A DNA stretch of 64,000 bases, taken from Candidatus Delongbacteria bacterium (GTDB lineage Bacteria > CAIWAD01). The first letter of the stretch is position 1. Every line of letters starts with the position of its first letter. The translations under genes and the position numbers were made by a program. Location: assembly GCA_963663545.1 (NCBI GenBank), contig OY760505.1, forward strand, positions 1,440,001 to 1,504,000, given 5' to 3'. Shown here piece after piece: positions 62,329-64,000 of the stretch. Under the pieces are notes generated by a model. It ran no database searches, was not told where the DNA came from, and worked only from the letters and a program-made list of their open reading frames with translations.

Positions 62329-63951
62329 TCAAAACTCCACATCAATGAACAAGGGCCGAATTCTGCATCCCGTGGTATCAAGCACAGCCGGGTCGAAGTT
62401 CACGCGTACCGTATCAGCAAGTTCACTGCGACCATCGTCCCGGTTACAAAACCCCCATGTGAAAAGCAGCATCAGATCGTGCAGCAGATCAAGGTCCTCC
62501 TGGGGCATGCCCACACCCTCTGGATTCAGATAAACATCCATCAGCCCACCATCGGGGGCGAGGATCACCCGGGCATCAAGATGCTGGTCGCCCGGGTTGC
62601 CCACGGCCAATCCGTATTCCTTGATCAAGAGGGCGATATCGGGCAAGGCTTCCACGTAGCTACTGCCTTCAGGAATCTGCAACGCGAGCAGTGTTTCTAC
62701 GAAATACTCCGGCCCAAGGTGCTCCTTGCGCGCTTTCTGCTTCCCCTTTTGGTCAAAGCGAAGATGCTGCACCAACAAATAGCAATAGCCAGCCGGTAAG
62801 GAAGCGTCCCCACTGAGATCCTGCTCAAGCTTCTCCACAATAGATAAAGCATGTCGCCCGAATTCGTATTCTTCAGGCGACTCCCACAGAGTTTCGCCGT
62901 GACTGATATGCCCGTCGGCATGGAGGCGGTACGACACAATTGTCTCACCCTCCCAGTGGAAGCGACGCGCGCGCATGGGGAAGGACATTCGCTTCAACAG
63001 AGTTTTCACATCCGAAATCAATCCTGGTCTGGGAGCCTGGGCGAGCAAAGTATCGAGGCCGCCGCCAAGCTCGGATTCACCCAAATACCACTTGCGGCCC
63101 TGGGTCTGCTCAGGCGTGAAACTCAAACGTTGAAGGATGCGCGATGGGACAATGTGCTCCTCCACGAAGCCCGGCGTGAAGCTCATTCCGTGAATCACTT
63201 CAAGAGCGTTGGATTCAAGCCCCATGCTCTGCGGAATGACCGAGAGCACCGTTGCCTCCTCAAATCCACCGCGCGGATCAAGATCTACCGCCACTACGGC
63301 CTGACCGGACACACCGAGGCTCTTGCCGCGGAAAAAGCTTCCGATCAATTGTCGCATGCGCGTCGCCGACTCGGAGCTCCGCGGAGGCGTGTCAATGACG
63401 CTATACAAGTACCGTGGCCCCTTGTCTACCAGCGAATCAGCGTAAACGGCAAGCGTGTCCAGTTCTTCGGCGTCCGCCAGCAGTACCAACTCGGCCTCGG
63501 AAGCGATAGGCGCATCCACACCAAACAAATCATGCTCCAGGCGCCAAGGAAGCTCCACCTCTCCCGGCACCCAGGCCGCCAGTAGTCCCCATGATCCCGC
63601 CATTACAACCTGATTACCGCGCTTAATGGCCGAGGTTAAAGACGTATAGCGATCCAGACGAACAACCGGAGCCTCCTGCTCAAGGCCACCTGCCTCGGAA
63701 AGCCAGCAAACACGACCAGCACTTCCACCCAGGAGCCAACCCGACTCTCCCGGTGTATCACAGGGAATCACAAAATGGCCATCGCCCCATGGCGATTTCG
63801 CCACCGGACGCCAGTGATCCGCTTCCCACATTTCTATTTCGCCATCGCTTGTCAAGAGACAGACACGTCCATTGTCAATGGCAAGGTCTTCAATCGGAGT
63901 GCGATTCTTACGCAGCAGCACTTGCCACTCGGATCCCTGGTTGTGTGACAC
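62329..63951 (-). CDS. Hypothetical protein (N-terminus beta-propeller-like)
   Basis: 540 aa ORF ending 1 nt before the next inferred start; no family recognised; start uncertain. Confidence 0.65.
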   Translation of the reverse strand: MSHNQGSEWQVLLRKNRTPIEDLAIDNGRVCLLTSDGEIEMWEADHWRPVAKSPWGDGHFVIPCDTPGESGWLLGGSAGRVCWLSEAGGLEQEAPVVRLDRYTSLTSAIKRGNQVVMAGSWGLLAAWVPGEVELPWRLEHDLFGVDAPIASEAELVLLADAEELDTLAVYADSLVDKGPRYLYSVIDTPPRSSESATRMRQLIGSFFRGKSLGVSGQAVVAVDLDPRGGFEEATVLSVIPQSMGLESNALEVIHGMSFTPGFVEEHIVPSRILQRLSFTPEQTQGRKWYLGESELGGGLDTLLAQAPRPGLISDVKTLLKRMSFPMRARRFHWEGETIVSYRLHADGHISHGETLWESPEEYEFGRHALSIVEKLEQDLSGDASLPAGYCYLLVQHLRFDQKGKQKARKEHLGPEYFVETLLALQIPEGSSYVEALPDIALLIKEYGLAVGNPGDQHLDARVILAPDGGLMDVYLNPEGVGMPQEDLDLLHDLMLLFTWGFCNRDDGRSELADTVRVNFDPAVLDTTGCRIRPLFIDVEF

Positions 63952-64000
63952 AAATACAAATCCACCGCTTCCCGCGATGTAACACGTATCGCCCGTGATT

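Overview
A 64 kb, gene-dense chromosomal window (roughly 55-58% GC by eye) from what is probably an FCB-superphylum bacterium. This is inferred from the rplM-rpsI-rpsB-tsf-pyrH-frr gene order, a short RpoD-type sigma factor and proteins with NYPNPFNP-type C-terminal sorting domains. Most of it is housekeeping: murA, guaB, lepA/lepB, a translation cluster, tRNA-Leu-tig-clpP-clpX, a short rho, relA/spoT, dnaB, udg, coaBC, rpoZ, gmk, yicC, degP, namZ and dacB. No transposase, integrase, prophage, rRNA or CRISPR array was seen. Three signals stand out. (1) A heptamer, GTGATAC/GTATCAC (usually GTGATACA), occurs about 93 times by manual count against about 6-8 expected. It is strand-balanced, lies inside genes in several frames and forms inverted pairs and terminator loops, which is how a DNA-uptake-sequence or HIP1-like genomic word behaves. 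(2) A probable selenoprotein is truncated by the ORF track: a lipoprotein with an in-frame TGA in a C-G-U motif, a SECIS-like hairpin immediately after it, and an UshA-like domain fused to a multiheme cytochrome c. It sits beside a Sec-less paralog. (3) A lone microcompartment vertex gene (EutN/CcmL) heads an operon with an ACT protein carrying encapsulation-peptide-like helices and a UPF0210/PFL-family protein. Also present are a PP2C / Ser-Thr kinase-ATPase-TPR / GAF-histidine kinase operon, twin lipoproteins and a secreted-protein cluster, the last two with sigma-54-like promoters. All calls come from reading the sequence; no database searches were run.
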